NCBI GenBank assembly: GCA_035285545.1 | Contig: JAYKGY010000072.1 | Location: 1 to 24,775, forward strand | Origin: Snowella sp. | Lineage (GTDB): Bacteria > Cyanobacteriota > Cyanobacteriia > Cyanobacteriales > Microcystaceae | DNA: 24,775 nucleotides | Direction of reading: 5' to 3' | In this document: piece after piece, positions 1 through 9,298 of the stretch | How the letters are laid out: every line of letters starts with the position of its first letter | Numbering within the stretch: the stretch's first letter is position 1 | The notes under the pieces: generated by a model | What the model was told of the DNA's origin: nothing | The model's input: the letters and a program-made list of their open reading frames with translations, nothing else | The model's database searches: none | Program-made: the position numbers and the translations under genes

Positions 1-99
1 GAATTCTAAAATAAATCTTAATATCATTCCTGAAACGATATCATCAGCCTTTATTTGCGTTATTTTTAGCTTAATGCTCAAAGAAAAAAGTTTCGCTTT

Positions 100-1629
100 A
101 TGGTAACGCTACTTGAAAATCCCTTTCGGGTTGGACTTCGACAGGAAAGAACGCCAGAACCTCTCATTCTCATCATTTTCGGGGCATCCGGCGATCTCAC
201 GCAACGCAAGCTTGTCCCTGCAATTTATCAAATGAAACGGGAACACCAACTTCCACCAGAGTTAACCGTTGTCGGCTTTGCGAGGCGGGAATGGAGCCAT
301 GATTATTTTCGGGAACAGATGAAGCATGGCATTGAAGAATTTTCCAACGGCATCGGTAGTGAAGAACTGTGGAATGATTTTGCCCAAGGATTATTTTATT
401 TTTCGGGAGATATGGACAATCCCGACAGTTATCAAAAGCTCAAAGCATTTTTAGAAGAATTAGATAGTAAACGAGGGACTAGGGGCAATCGCGTTTTTTA
501 TTTAGCCGTTTCGCCCAAGTTTTTCCCTCCAGGTATTAAGCAACTTGGAGCGGCGGGGATGTTGGAAGATCCCACGAAAACCAGAATTGTTATTGAAAAG
601 CCCTTTGGTAAAGATTTGAGTTCTGCCCAAATTTTAAATCGGGTGGTGCAAACCGTTTGTAAGGAAGAACAGGTTTATCGGATTGATCACTATTTAGGAA
701 AAGAAACCGTTCAAAATTTGTTGGTGTTTCGCTTTGCCAATGCGATTTTTGAACCCCTATGGAATCGGCAGTTTGTCGATCATGTGCAGATTACGGTCGC
801 GGAAACGGTGGGAGTGGAAGACCGAGCCGGCTACTATGAAACCTCTGGGGCACTGCGGGATATGGTACAAAATCATATTTTGCAATTGCTGTGTTTAACG
901 GCGATGGAAGCCCCCAATTCTCTGCAAGCTGATAGTATCCGCAATGAAAAGGTTAAGGTCTTACAAGCGACCCATTTAGCGGATATTAATAATTTAGACC
1001 GATCAGCGATTCGGGGTCAGTATAAAGCGGGCTGGATGAAAGGCAAACCTGTCCCAGGCTATCGGGAAGAGCCAGGCGTAAACCCTAATTCCAGTACTCC
1101 GACCTTTGTGGCGATGAAGTTAATGATTGATAATTGGCGATGGCAGGGAGTCCCTTTTTATCTCCGTACTGGAAAACGGCTCCCGAAGCGGGTGAGTGAG
1201 ATCGCGATTCAATTTCGGGATGTGCCGCTCTTAATTTTTCAGTCCGTTGCCCACCAAACCACACCGAATGTTTTAAGCCTACGAATTCAGCCTAATGAAG
1301 GAATTTCTCTGCGGTTTGAAGCGAAAATGCCGGGGGCTGAGTTACGAACTCGGACGGTGGAAATGGATTTTAGCTATGGTTCTTCCTTTGGGATTGCAAC
1401 GGCGGATGCCTATCATCGTTTGCTTTTAGATTGTATGTTAGGGGATCAAACGCTCTTTACCCGTGCGGATGAAGTCGAGGAGGCCTGGCGAGTGGTAACC
1501 CCTGCGTTGACGGTTTGGGATTCACCGGCTGATCCGAGCACCATTCCCCAGTACGAAGCGGGCACCTGGAATCCACCTGAAGCAGAAGTGCTGATGAATC
1601 AAGATGGTCGGCGTTGGCGGAGATTATAG
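100..1629 (+). CDS. zwf: Glucose-6-phosphate 1-dehydrogenase
   Basis: GASGDL NADP-binding motif, EKPFG, active-site [28 protein letters not shown]. Confidence 0.98.
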   Translation: MVTLLENPFRVGLRQERTPEPLILIIFGASGDLTQRKLVPAIYQMKREHQLPPELTVVGFARREWSHDYFREQMKHGIEEFSNGIGSEELWNDFAQGLFYFSGDMDNPDSYQKLKAFLEELDSKRGTRGNRVFYLAVSPKFFPPGIKQLGAAGMLEDPTKTRIVIEKPFGKDLSSAQILNRVVQTVCKEEQVYRIDHYLGKETVQNLLVFRFANAIFEPLWNRQFVDHVQITVAETVGVEDRAGYYETSGALRDMVQNHILQLLCLTAMEAPNSLQADSIRNEKVKVLQATHLADINNLDRSAIRGQYKAGWMKGKPVPGYREEPGVNPNSSTPTFVAMKLMIDNWRWQGVPFYLRTGKRLPKRVSEIAIQFRDVPLLIFQSVAHQTTPNVLSLRIQPNEGISLRFEAKMPGAELRTRTVEMDFSYGSSFGIATADAYHRLLLDCMLGDQTLFTRADEVEEAWRVVTPALTVWDSPADPSTIPQYEAGTWNPPEAEVLMNQDGRRWRRL

Positions 1630-1705
1630 GCGTTATTTCAACGCGATCGCGCCCTTGTTGTTTCCCCTTGCCCTTGGTTATTCTGCCATCTGACAGGGGG
1701 ATTAT

Positions 1706-1891
1706 TTATTGACCAAATTCTAAACGGGCTTGTTCGACAAGTTCAACCGTAACTTCCTCTAAATCTGCATCGCGGGCTAATTGTTCCACCCGTTGCCGAG
1801 CTTGAGTCCGAACAAAATAGGGAATATTTTTGAGCTTCATTTTCGCATCTGGAGTCCACCGCAGGGATTCATTAAATTTAAATTCACTCAT
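1706..1891 (-). CDS. PCP_red domain protein (stand-alone ChlB/BchB C-terminal-like domain)
   Basis: W-TPDA...[15 protein letters not shown]......VT.E.V..A pattern; 61 aa. Confidence 0.85.
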   Translation of the reverse strand: MSEFKFNESLRWTPDAKMKLKNIPYFVRTQARQRVEQLARDADLEEVTVELVEQARLEFGQ

Positions 1892-1947
1892 TCGTTTTTC
1901 CTAATTCATTCAATAACACTATCAAGAAAAATTCACTAGCCTTAAAA

Positions 1948-2298
1948 TCATCCTCCACTAATTTTGGCTTTATAACCCAGTTGCGTTAAAATTTGTAAGA
2001 TTTTATCCCGATGATCGCCCTGTATTTCTAAGCTATCTGCTTTAACGGTTCCCCCGCTACCACATTGCGTTTTAAGGTTTTTTAACAGTTTAGTTAAGGT
2101 ATCTGGAGAACTCTGAAAACCCGTAATTACTGTCACGGTTTTGCCCTTACGACCTGAACGGGAAGCTTGTATTCGCACATTTTGCTGATTTGGGGGTAAA
2201 TCGGGGGTAGGACGGGCGAGAGCTTCTGAGGAATCTGATTGACCAAATTCTTGGTAAACAAGACGGTTTTTTGAAGTTTGTTGTCGTTTAGTAGACAT
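1948..2298 (-). CDS. yciH: SUI1/YciH family translation initiation factor
   Basis: GRKGKTVTVITG, LK..CGSGGTVK...LEIQGDHR, C-terminal K.SGG. Confidence 0.95.
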   Translation of the reverse strand: MSTKRQQTSKNRLVYQEFGQSDSSEALARPTPDLPPNQQNVRIQASRSGRKGKTVTVITGFQSSPDTLTKLLKNLKTQCGSGGTVKADSLEIQGDHRDKILQILTQLGYKAKISGG

Positions 2299-2390
2299 AA
2301 AAAAGCTAAAGATAAGTTAACGAATGAGAGATTTTGAGAAGGGATAATGCTAAGGTTAAGTTACACTTAGCTATCTTTATATCCTATTTT

Positions 2391-3236
2391 ATGTTGCTTT
2401 TTATTTTAAAAATTCGTTGGTTAATTTTGTTTAATCTTTTGATGGTTTTTCCCATCATTACTTTGAGCTTTACTCCTAATAGCCGAGCAGAATCATTGAT
2501 AATAGCAATAAAGGAGCCAATACAAACAGATTTTAGTTCTTTAAAAAATGCTTTAAATACTTTTTTCAAATCGAGTCGCTTTCAAGTGATTTCTGAAATG
2601 ACGCTAAAAGCAAAAGTTGAGCAAAGCAATGTCGAAATTGTCAGTAAAAATAAAACAACGACTGCTTTACCCAATCAGTTTCGCTCAGAAATTGAAATGA
2701 GTAATCGCAAATATTTAGTGGTTTCCAATGGAAAACAAGTTTGGGTTTATAAGCCGAGTGCCAATGAATACGCCGTCAGTAGTTTTGATGATTTTCAATC
2801 CTCTCAGGATAATTTTTTAATTGGTTTGTCGTCTTCTTTTTTGTTGGAAATTGCGCGATCGCTACAAGAGGAGCAAAAAACATCTACCATTAATCAAGCT
2901 GATCTGGTGGACTCCATTACGGATTTTTTCACGAATAGCTTTAATCAAGAAGGATTTACCTTTAAACAGGAAAAACAAACTATTGACCAAGTTACTTATT
3001 CCTTGTATCGATACCGCTCGAATGAAGAAGGAATTGAATTTGTACTCTGGATTGATCCGAAGGAAGAAAATCTGAAAAGACTCCAGGTGCTAGGAACAGA
3101 AAAAGATATTATGGTTGATATTACAGAAAATATTCTGCAACACACAACGGAGCCAGAGATTAATAATGATACCTTTACCTTTATTCCCACGCCTGAAATG
3201 AAGCAAGTTCAAGAGTTACCCTTAGAAGCTTTTTAA
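2391..3236 (+). CDS. LolA-like / DUF2092-type exported protein (start uncertain: 2334 TTG, 2391 or 2442 ATG)
   Basis: Hydrophobic N-terminus; PNQFRSEI, VVSNGKQVWVY.P..NEY, LWID, C-terminal TFTFIP.P typical of the LolA fold. Confidence 0.7.
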   Translation: MLLFILKIRWLILFNLLMVFPIITLSFTPNSRAESLIIAIKEPIQTDFSSLKNALNTFFKSSRFQVISEMTLKAKVEQSNVEIVSKNKTTTALPNQFRSEIEMSNRKYLVVSNGKQVWVYKPSANEYAVSSFDDFQSSQDNFLIGLSSSFLLEIARSLQEEQKTSTINQADLVDSITDFFTNSFNQEGFTFKQEKQTIDQVTYSLYRYRSNEEGIEFVLWIDPKEENLKRLQVLGTEKDIMVDITENILQHTTEPEINNDTFTFIPTPEMKQVQELPLEAF

Positions 3237-3257
3237 ATATTAGAAATTCGTGCAAAT

Positions 3258-3293
3258 AAAAATCCCTTGCTTGGGTGTAAACAAGGGATGTTT
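3258..3293. terminator. Probable bidirectional intrinsic terminator between the convergent LolA-like gene and dxs
   Basis: ATCCCTTG (3262-3269) / CAAGGGAT (3282-3289) inverted repeat with A-run on the left and GTTT on the right. Confidence 0.6.
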
Positions 3294-3396
3294 AATTAAA
3301 CATAAAATAGTTTTGCACTTCCCCCCTCCTACCCCCCTTACTAAGGCTGGTGCCGATAGGCAAGGGGATTTGATGAAAATTAATGACAATCTGCTT
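3291..3396. repeat. Miniature dispersed repeat (MITE/REP-like), copy 1
   Basis: Shares AAACATAAAAT, CCCTTACTAAGG, GCCGATAGGC and GGGGATTT blocks in the same order with 9460-9577. Confidence 0.7.
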
Positions 3397-3404
3397 CAAT
3401 TGAA

Positions 3405-5315
3405 CTAACTGACGGTAGCAGGGGTTTTATTGCTAAAGAACGCTTGTAAAATCTGCTCCGCAATTTGCGGGGTGGTTAAGCCCAAATCCGCGAAGGATTG
3501 ATTGGGTTCGGCATGATCCACCAAAATATCGGGAACCCCTAACCGTTTAACGGGAACCAAAATATTGTGATCCAGTAACGCTTCGGCAACGGCTGAACCA
3601 AAACCGCCCATGATGCAACCTTCTTCGAGGGTGACTACTTTACCAATCCGTTGCGCCAAGGGAAGGATCAATTCTGTATCTAGGGGCTTAACAAAACGGG
3701 GGTTAACCACGGTAGCTTCAATGCCATGCTCACTAAGAATTCGGGCAGCTTGAAGGGCAGGATAGGCCATCGAGCCATAACCTAAGAGCAAGACATCATC
3801 CCCACTGCGGAGAATTTCGCCTTTCCCAATGGGCAGTTCTTCCCAGCCTTCTTCCATTAAGGGGACACCCACCCCGTTGCCCCTCGGATACCGCATCGCG
3901 ATCGCGCCATCGGTGTAGTTAACCCCCGTGACCAACATCCGTTGCAATTCGGCTTCATCCTTGGGAGCCATAATCACCATATTGGGAATACAGCGTAGGT
4001 AGGCAATGTCGTACATCCCTTGATGGGTTGGGCCATCTGCTCCCACTACTCCGGCTCGGTCTAAACAGAAAAAGACGGGGAGTTTCTGAATACAGACATC
4101 GTGGATAATCTGGTCATAGGCCCGTTGCAGGAAAGTCGAATAAATGGCAACGACGGGGCGCATTCCTTCACAGGCCAAACCGGCTGCTAGGGTAACTGCA
4201 TGTTGCTCGGCAATGCCCACATCAATATACTGTTGGGGAAGCTTGGCTTGGAGTTTATCTAATCTGGTTCCTGTCGCCATCGCAGCGGTAATACCAATAA
4301 TTTTGGGATTTTCTTCTGCTAGTTTGGTTAAGGTATGGGCAAAAACTTTGGAATAGCCAGGGGGTTTGGGTTTGCTAGGGGGATAGGCCTTACCGGTTGC
4401 CAAATTAAAGGGGCTTTGGGCGTGATAACCCACTTGATCTTTTTCCGCGAGGGGATAACCTTTACCTTTCACCGTTGCCACATGGACAAAAACGGGGCCA
4501 TGAACCTTGTGGGCCTGCTTAAAGGTATCAATTAATTCCTGTAAATTATGACCATCAATCGGGCCAAAGTATTTAAATCCTAATTCTTCAATGACCGCGC
4601 CGACTTTGGGAACGGCTAGGCGTTTCATTCCTTCTTTGACTCGTTCCATTTCAGGGGTAAGAGAATCGCCGAAAAAGGGTAAATGTTTAAATTGTTCTTC
4701 TAAATTATCGGCTAAATTTTGTACTGCTGGATTTAAGCGGACTTTATTTAAATAACGAGAGATTGCCCCGACATTGGGCGAAATGGACATTTCGTTATCG
4801 TTGAGAATGACCATTAAGTTGGTATGGGGTAAATGGCCCGCATGATTAATGGCTTCTAGGGCCATTCCGCCGGTTAGGGCACCATCGCCAATGATGGAAA
4901 CGACTTTAAAATCTTCTCCTTTGGCATCACGTGCCAGGGCCATTCCTAAGCCTGCGGAAATACTGGTGGAAGCGTGGCCAGCCCCAAAATGATCAAACTT
5001 GTTTTCGCAGCGTTTTAAATAGCCGGCAATGCCATCTTTCTGCCGTAGGGTATGGAACTGGTGATAACGACCGGTTAACATTTTGTGGGGATAGGCCTGG
5101 TGTCCCACATCCCAAATCACCTTGTCTTTGTCTAAGTCTAAGGTGGAATAAAGCGCGACGGTTAGTTCCACTACGCCTAAACCTGGGCCGAGATGGCCAC
5201 CACTTTTGGCAACGGTCTCTAAATGTTTTTCCCGAATTTGTCGAGAAATTTCCTCCAGTTGGCGTATTGACAACCCGTGTAACTGGTTAGGATGAGTCAG
5301 TTCACTGATGTGCAT
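3405..5315 (-). CDS. dxs: 1-deoxy-D-xylulose-5-phosphate synthase
   Basis: [33 protein letters not shown] motif, [20 protein letters not shown]. Confidence 0.98.
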   Translation of the reverse strand: MHISELTHPNQLHGLSIRQLEEISRQIREKHLETVAKSGGHLGPGLGVVELTVALYSTLDLDKDKVIWDVGHQAYPHKMLTGRYHQFHTLRQKDGIAGYLKRCENKFDHFGAGHASTSISAGLGMALARDAKGEDFKVVSIIGDGALTGGMALEAINHAGHLPHTNLMVILNDNEMSISPNVGAISRYLNKVRLNPAVQNLADNLEEQFKHLPFFGDSLTPEMERVKEGMKRLAVPKVGAVIEELGFKYFGPIDGHNLQELIDTFKQAHKVHGPVFVHVATVKGKGYPLAEKDQVGYHAQSPFNLATGKAYPPSKPKPPGYSKVFAHTLTKLAEENPKIIGITAAMATGTRLDKLQAKLPQQYIDVGIAEQHAVTLAAGLACEGMRPVVAIYSTFLQRAYDQIIHDVCIQKLPVFFCLDRAGVVGADGPTHQGMYDIAYLRCIPNMVIMAPKDEAELQRMLVTGVNYTDGAIAMRYPRGNGVGVPLMEEGWEELPIGKGEILRSGDDVLLLGYGSMAYPALQAARILSEHGIEATVVNPRFVKPLDTELILPLAQRIGKVVTLEEGCIMGGFGSAVAEALLDHNILVPVKRLGVPDILVDHAEPNQSFADLGLTTPQIAEQILQAFFSNKTPATVS

Positions 5316-5452
5316 AGGGCAGAGTTTTTGATCATTTTTTATCGCTTATCACACTTTAATCTATTTCTTCCGTCTAGTCAGCCTTGGGGCTGAAAGTTGA
5401 AAAGATTGTTAAGATTTTATCGCCAATTAGAGAGAAAAACCGTTAATTGTTC

Positions 5453-5543
5453 TATAGCAGTCCTAAACCATTTGTAAATATCGATCCGCTCTGGGCAAGG
5501 GTTTCAAGCCTATCAACAACACGAATCATTTAGGATTGCTATA
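5453..5543. mobile_element. MITE with TA ends (IS630/Tc1-mariner-like), 91 bp
   Basis: Terminal inverted repeats TATAGCAGTCCTAAACCATTTGT / ACGAATCATTTAGGATTGCTATA (19/23 match); no ORF. Confidence 0.8.
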
Positions 5544-5620
5544 TTCCTCAAGGTAGAACCTAAGCGGCTTCGGTCATATCAGACCGCGATCGCGTCCTAA
5601 ACCACAGCCAATCCCAACAT

Positions 5621-6061
5621 TTAATAACCTTCATTTTCTTTAACCGTTAAAGCTTGCCCTACTGCGCCTGCATAAAAAACGATTAATTTAACGGGAACAG
5701 TCCCCACATTTCGCCCATTGTGGAGAGTATTGACGACCTCTGCTAAAGTATCGCCCGCTTTTAGCTTTTTAATGCGACCGTCTTTGAGTTGAACGTGAAG
5801 TTCCCCTTCAATCAACATTCCGAAAGAGGGGACAGGATGGGAATGCCAACCTGTTTCGGCTCCAGGTGCGATTTCGATGATCATGCCCGTGATTTCGGCT
5901 TGTCCTTTGGGATAAACCAAGGGCTTACCGTCCCAACTGGTGTCAGTTTTAAGAATAGTCGTTGCCTTGATTTCGGGGGATGGCTCTAAAGCAAAGGCGA
6001 TGGGTTGTAAGGGCAATAGGGCAAAAGCAAATAGGGGTAGGGATAGGTAGAGACTTTTCAC
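5621..6061 (-). CDS. Secreted cupin-domain protein
   Basis: Signal-peptide-like N-terminus ending AFA; cupin motifs PG..TGWHSHP and G....E....LH.GRN.G; GTG start. Confidence 0.88.
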   Translation of the reverse strand: MKSLYLSLPLFAFALLPLQPIAFALEPSPEIKATTILKTDTSWDGKPLVYPKGQAEITGMIIEIAPGAETGWHSHPVPSFGMLIEGELHVQLKDGRIKKLKAGDTLAEVVNTLHNGRNVGTVPVKLIVFYAGAVGQALTVKENEGY

Positions 6062-6130
6062 TGAAAAATTAAAGTATTTAATCAGATTTCAGTGCTGAGA
6101 CTATCACGTTTCTAGACCCACCCTCTTCAA

Positions 6131-6565
6131 TTAGACGAAATCCCTTAACATTTTTTTAATTTCAATGTTATGTAATTCTTCTTGCCCAATCATGCCACGG
6201 GTGAATTCTTCTAAATAAATTGAAGCATCCTCTACGATCGCGAGCAATTCTTTATATAATTCCAAGGCTTTTTTCTCATGGTTTAAACTTTCCGTGAGAA
6301 TGGCTTTTAAATTATGTTCGTAGGTTTCTTCAAGGGGGGCAATTTTTAAACTGGGATGACCTTCTAAACCGGTTAAAATTTCTCCCACTTGTTGAGCATG
6401 GAGTAAGGATTCGGAGGCTTGAGCCTGAAAAAACTGGACAATCGGGATTCGATTCGGCCCAGTAACCATGAGGGAATAATGGGTATAACGGACGACCCCT
6501 GCAAGTTCAAATTCCATCAGATTATTTAATATTTTAATGGTTGCTTCGGTATCCAGTTCTTTCAT
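6131..6565 (-). CDS. Short ferritin-like / bacterioferritin-like protein
   Basis: ELAG..RY..Y helix A, ES..HA...GE....L.G.P, HE..AL..Y, EE.H; no heme Met. Confidence 0.85.
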   Translation of the reverse strand: MKELDTEATIKILNNLMEFELAGVVRYTHYSLMVTGPNRIPIVQFFQAQASESLLHAQQVGEILTGLEGHPSLKIAPLEETYEHNLKAILTESLNHEKKALELYKELLAIVEDASIYLEEFTRGMIGQEELHNIEIKKMLRDFV

Positions 6566-6600
6566 GGTTAATCTCAGTTTTAAGTTAGTAGGAGAGAGCG

Positions 6601-6619
6601 ACTTAAATTAATTTTAAGT
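6601..6619. promoter_or_regulatory. Palindromic operator upstream of the ferritin-like gene, PerR/Fur-family-like
   Basis: ACTTAAA-N5-TTTAAGT; core TTAAATT-A-ATTTTAA matches TTATAAT-N-ATTATAA at 11/14. Confidence 0.35.
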
Positions 6620-6709
6620 TAACTCAATTCAGGTCATTTGCTATTAGCAATTTATCGGCGATCGCGTTAAATTCTAACGTATTTAGCGGGGCTTTACAAG
6701 GCTAAAAGT

Positions 6710-7669
6710 TTATTGATTTTCTACTTTTTCGTAAGCTTCCACAATTCGTTGAACGAGGGGATGGCGAACTACATCAGCCTGGGTAAAATGACAAAACGCA
6801 ATCCCTTCAACATTTTTTAAAATTTTACTGGCGACCACTAATCCGGATTCTTGATGACTGGGTAGATCGGTTTGGGTCACATCTCCCGTTACCACCATTT
6901 TTGAGCCGAAACCGAGGCGGGTTAAAACCATTTTTAATTGGGCAGGCGTGGTATTTTGCGCCTCATCCACAATCACATAGGCATTACTTAACGTCCGTCC
7001 CCGCATATAGGCTAAGGGGGCAACTTCAATCTTTCCCCGTTCCATTAAATCGGGAATTTTTTCGGCATCAATAAATTCATACAAAGCATCATACAGGGGG
7101 CGCAAAAAAGGGTTAACTTTCTGCTGTAAATCCCCCGGTAAAAAACCGAGTTTTTCTCCCGCTTCTACGGCAGGTCGTGTCAAAATTAAGCGATCGCATT
7201 GATTATTTAATAACGCCTGAACTGCTAAGACTGCCGCGAGAAAGGTTTTTCCGGTGCCGGCGGGGCCAATACAAAAGGTAATATCGTGGGTTTCAATGGC
7301 TTTAACATATTGGCGTTGACGAAAGGTTTTGGCCCGAATGGTTTCACCGCGACGGGTTTTGGCCAGTACGGTTTGTTGTAGGGATTGGTATTCGTCGGTT
7401 CGTCCCGTATCTAATGCCTGACAAGCGGTTAAAATATCCGGTCGGGAAATGGTTTTCGCTTCTTGCCAATAAGGAGTCAGCGATCGCAAAATTTTTAAGG
7501 CTCTTTCGACGGGCTTTTCTTCGCCGTATACTCGAATCTCCTTACCTCGTAAGACTAAATTTGCCCCTGTGTGTCGGGCTAGATAGGTTAAATTTTCTTC
7601 TTGATTTCCGGCTAACGCGATCGCACTTTCTTGACTTGGTAAATGGAGAGTTTGAGAAATTTCAGCCAT
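6710..7669 (-). CDS. phoH: PhoH family ATPase (YbeZ-like, N-terminal KH-like region)
   Basis: GPAGTGKT, RPAVEAGEKLGFLPGDL, AYMRGRTL, DEAQN, GD.TQ.DL, VVRHPLV. Confidence 0.96.
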   Translation of the reverse strand: MAEISQTLHLPSQESAIALAGNQEENLTYLARHTGANLVLRGKEIRVYGEEKPVERALKILRSLTPYWQEAKTISRPDILTACQALDTGRTDEYQSLQQTVLAKTRRGETIRAKTFRQRQYVKAIETHDITFCIGPAGTGKTFLAAVLAVQALLNNQCDRLILTRPAVEAGEKLGFLPGDLQQKVNPFLRPLYDALYEFIDAEKIPDLMERGKIEVAPLAYMRGRTLSNAYVIVDEAQNTTPAQLKMVLTRLGFGSKMVVTGDVTQTDLPSHQESGLVVASKILKNVEGIAFCHFTQADVVRHPLVQRIVEAYEKVENQ

Positions 7670-7837
7670 AGATAATTCATCGTTTAAAACCTAAAATATC
7701 ACCAAGTCGAGCTAAAAGGGTGAAGTGTTTGACCCAAATGATTGATCATACTTCGGGTTGAGCTTGCCTAAGATTTCAAGAGGACTTTAATAATTGCAGA
7801 TAACTTGCAAAAATTGAAGACGGGTTACTGATGACAA

Positions 7838-8041
7838 TTACTGATTACTTAAGGGTAACGCCGAAACCTTTTGATGGGACGCGATCGCTTTTTCTAACGC
7901 TTGACAGGCATGACCCGTACAGGAACCACAATCCCTGGAAACCCCTGTTGCTTCGGATAACCCCTCTAAAGAGCAAATACCCTGCCCGACAGCTTGATGG
8001 ATATCTTGCTCAGTGACCGCCTTACAGATACAGATATACAT
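7838..8041 (-). CDS. bfd: Bacterioferritin-associated [2Fe-2S] ferredoxin
   Basis: MYICIC..VT...I...CGSC pattern (CxC...CxxC); adjacent to bfr genes. Confidence 0.92.
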   Translation of the reverse strand: MYICICKAVTEQDIHQAVGQGICSLEGLSEATGVSRDCGSCTGHACQALEKAIASHQKVSALPLSNQ

Positions 8042-8096
8042 TATAGAATTTCACCCCTGAGTTGAAATTGATTGGCAGATTCCATTAAAACTTATT

Positions 8097-8115
8097 GCTA
8101 ATTATTCTCATTATC
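8097..8115 (-). promoter_or_regulatory. Fur box overlapping the predicted bfd promoter
   Basis: Minus strand GATAATGAGAATAATTAGC is 16/19 to GATAATGATAATCATTATC; it overlaps -10 GATAAT (8115-8110), 17 nt from -35 TTGACT (8138-8133). Confidence 0.8.
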
Positions 8116-8177
8116 ATTCAGGTGCTCTGTCAAGTCAAGAATTATTACAAATTGCTTTAGCTTGAGATCCAGGGGGT

Positions 8178-8204
8178 TTTACAATTTTTACAATGTTTTA
8201 CAGC
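8178..8204 (+). promoter_or_regulatory. HLR1-like (RpaB) direct repeat upstream of the bfr genes
   Basis: TTTACAAT-GT-TTTACAGC (8187-8204) with an extra TTTACAAT at 8178-8185. Confidence 0.5.
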
Positions 8205-8303
8205 AAAGCCCCCAACGGGATTTAGATAAATATCAATTTTTTAGCGATAATTGTAAGTAGCCCTTTACATTAAATAAATTGCTGGGAAATTGAAGGAGAA
8301 ATA

Positions 8304-8768
8304 ATGGAAGGCAATTCCGATATCAAGCAAATGCTCAATGAAGCCTTAAAGGTTCAGCTAACTGCCATTAACCAGTATTTTTTACATGCCCGTATGTGTA
8401 AGAACTGGGGACTAGACCAATTAAATGAGCATGAATATAAAAGTTCGATTAAAGCGATGAAACAGGCAGATCATTTGATTGAACGGGTCTTATTTTTGGA
8501 AGGATTGCCCAATCTCCAGAGTTTAGGGATGTTGTTGATTGGTGAGCAAGTGCCAGAAATTCTCAGCAACGATCTAACGATGAGCCTGGAAATGCGTCAG
8601 GGCTTACAAAGTGGTATTCAACTGTGTGAACAACAGCAAGATTACGTGAGTCGTGAGCTTTTAGCAGAAATTTTAGAAACCACTGAAGAACAAATCGACT
8701 GGTTAACCACTCAACAATGGCTGATTGAAAATACAGGGTTAGAAAACTATCTTCAATCGATGATGTAA
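8304..8768 (+). CDS. bfr: Bacterioferritin, heme-binding subunit lacking the ferroxidase ligands (BfrB-type)
   Basis: Bfr signatures (NQYFLHARM, LIER.LFLEG.P, DYVSR); Met52 kept; E18Q, E51A, H54Q; SD AAGGAG. Confidence 0.93.
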   Translation: MEGNSDIKQMLNEALKVQLTAINQYFLHARMCKNWGLDQLNEHEYKSSIKAMKQADHLIERVLFLEGLPNLQSLGMLLIGEQVPEILSNDLTMSLEMRQGLQSGIQLCEQQQDYVSRELLAEILETTEEQIDWLTTQQWLIENTGLENYLQSMM

Positions 8769-8823
8769 GCCCGTTGAGGATTTTTAAACCAGAAATTCAC
8801 ATTTTATTAAGGGATGAGCCACC

Positions 8824-9291
8824 ATGAAAGGAAATGAACAAGTCTTGCAGCAATTACATAAATTATTACGGGGAGAATTGGCGGCACGGGATCAGTATTT
8901 TGCCCATTCCCGCATGTATCAAGATTGGGGTTTAACGAAACTCTATGAACGCATTGACCATGAAATGCAGGATGAAACCGCCCATGCAGATGCTCTAATT
9001 AAACGCATTCTCTTTTTAGACGGTGTGCCCGATCTCTCTCAACAGGACGATCTCCAGGTTGGCCAAACCGTTCCAGAGATGTTACGCAATGATTTAGCCC
9101 TTGAATATCGCGTTATCGGGGATCTAAAAGTCGCGATCGCGGTTTGTGAAACGGAAAAAGACTATCAAACACGAGACATTTTAACTAGCATGTTAGCCGA
9201 CACCGAAGAGGATCACGCCTATTGGCTAGAAAAGCAATTAGGATTGATTGAGAAAATCGGTTTACAAAATTATTTACAATCCCAAATGTAA
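8824..9291 (+). CDS. bfr: Bacterioferritin, ferroxidase subunit lacking the heme Met (BfrA/FtnA-type)
   Basis: E18, E51, H54, LE.RV and EEDH ligands present; position 52 is Thr. Confidence 0.93.
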   Translation: MKGNEQVLQQLHKLLRGELAARDQYFAHSRMYQDWGLTKLYERIDHEMQDETAHADALIKRILFLDGVPDLSQQDDLQVGQTVPEMLRNDLALEYRVIGDLKVAIAVCETEKDYQTRDILTSMLADTEEDHAYWLEKQLGLIEKIGLQNYLQSQM

Positions 9292-9298
9292 TTTGAGA

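Noticed and set aside
100..1705. zwf without a downstream opcA
   Set aside because: The genes are also unlinked in some unicellular cyanobacteria, so this is not unusual.
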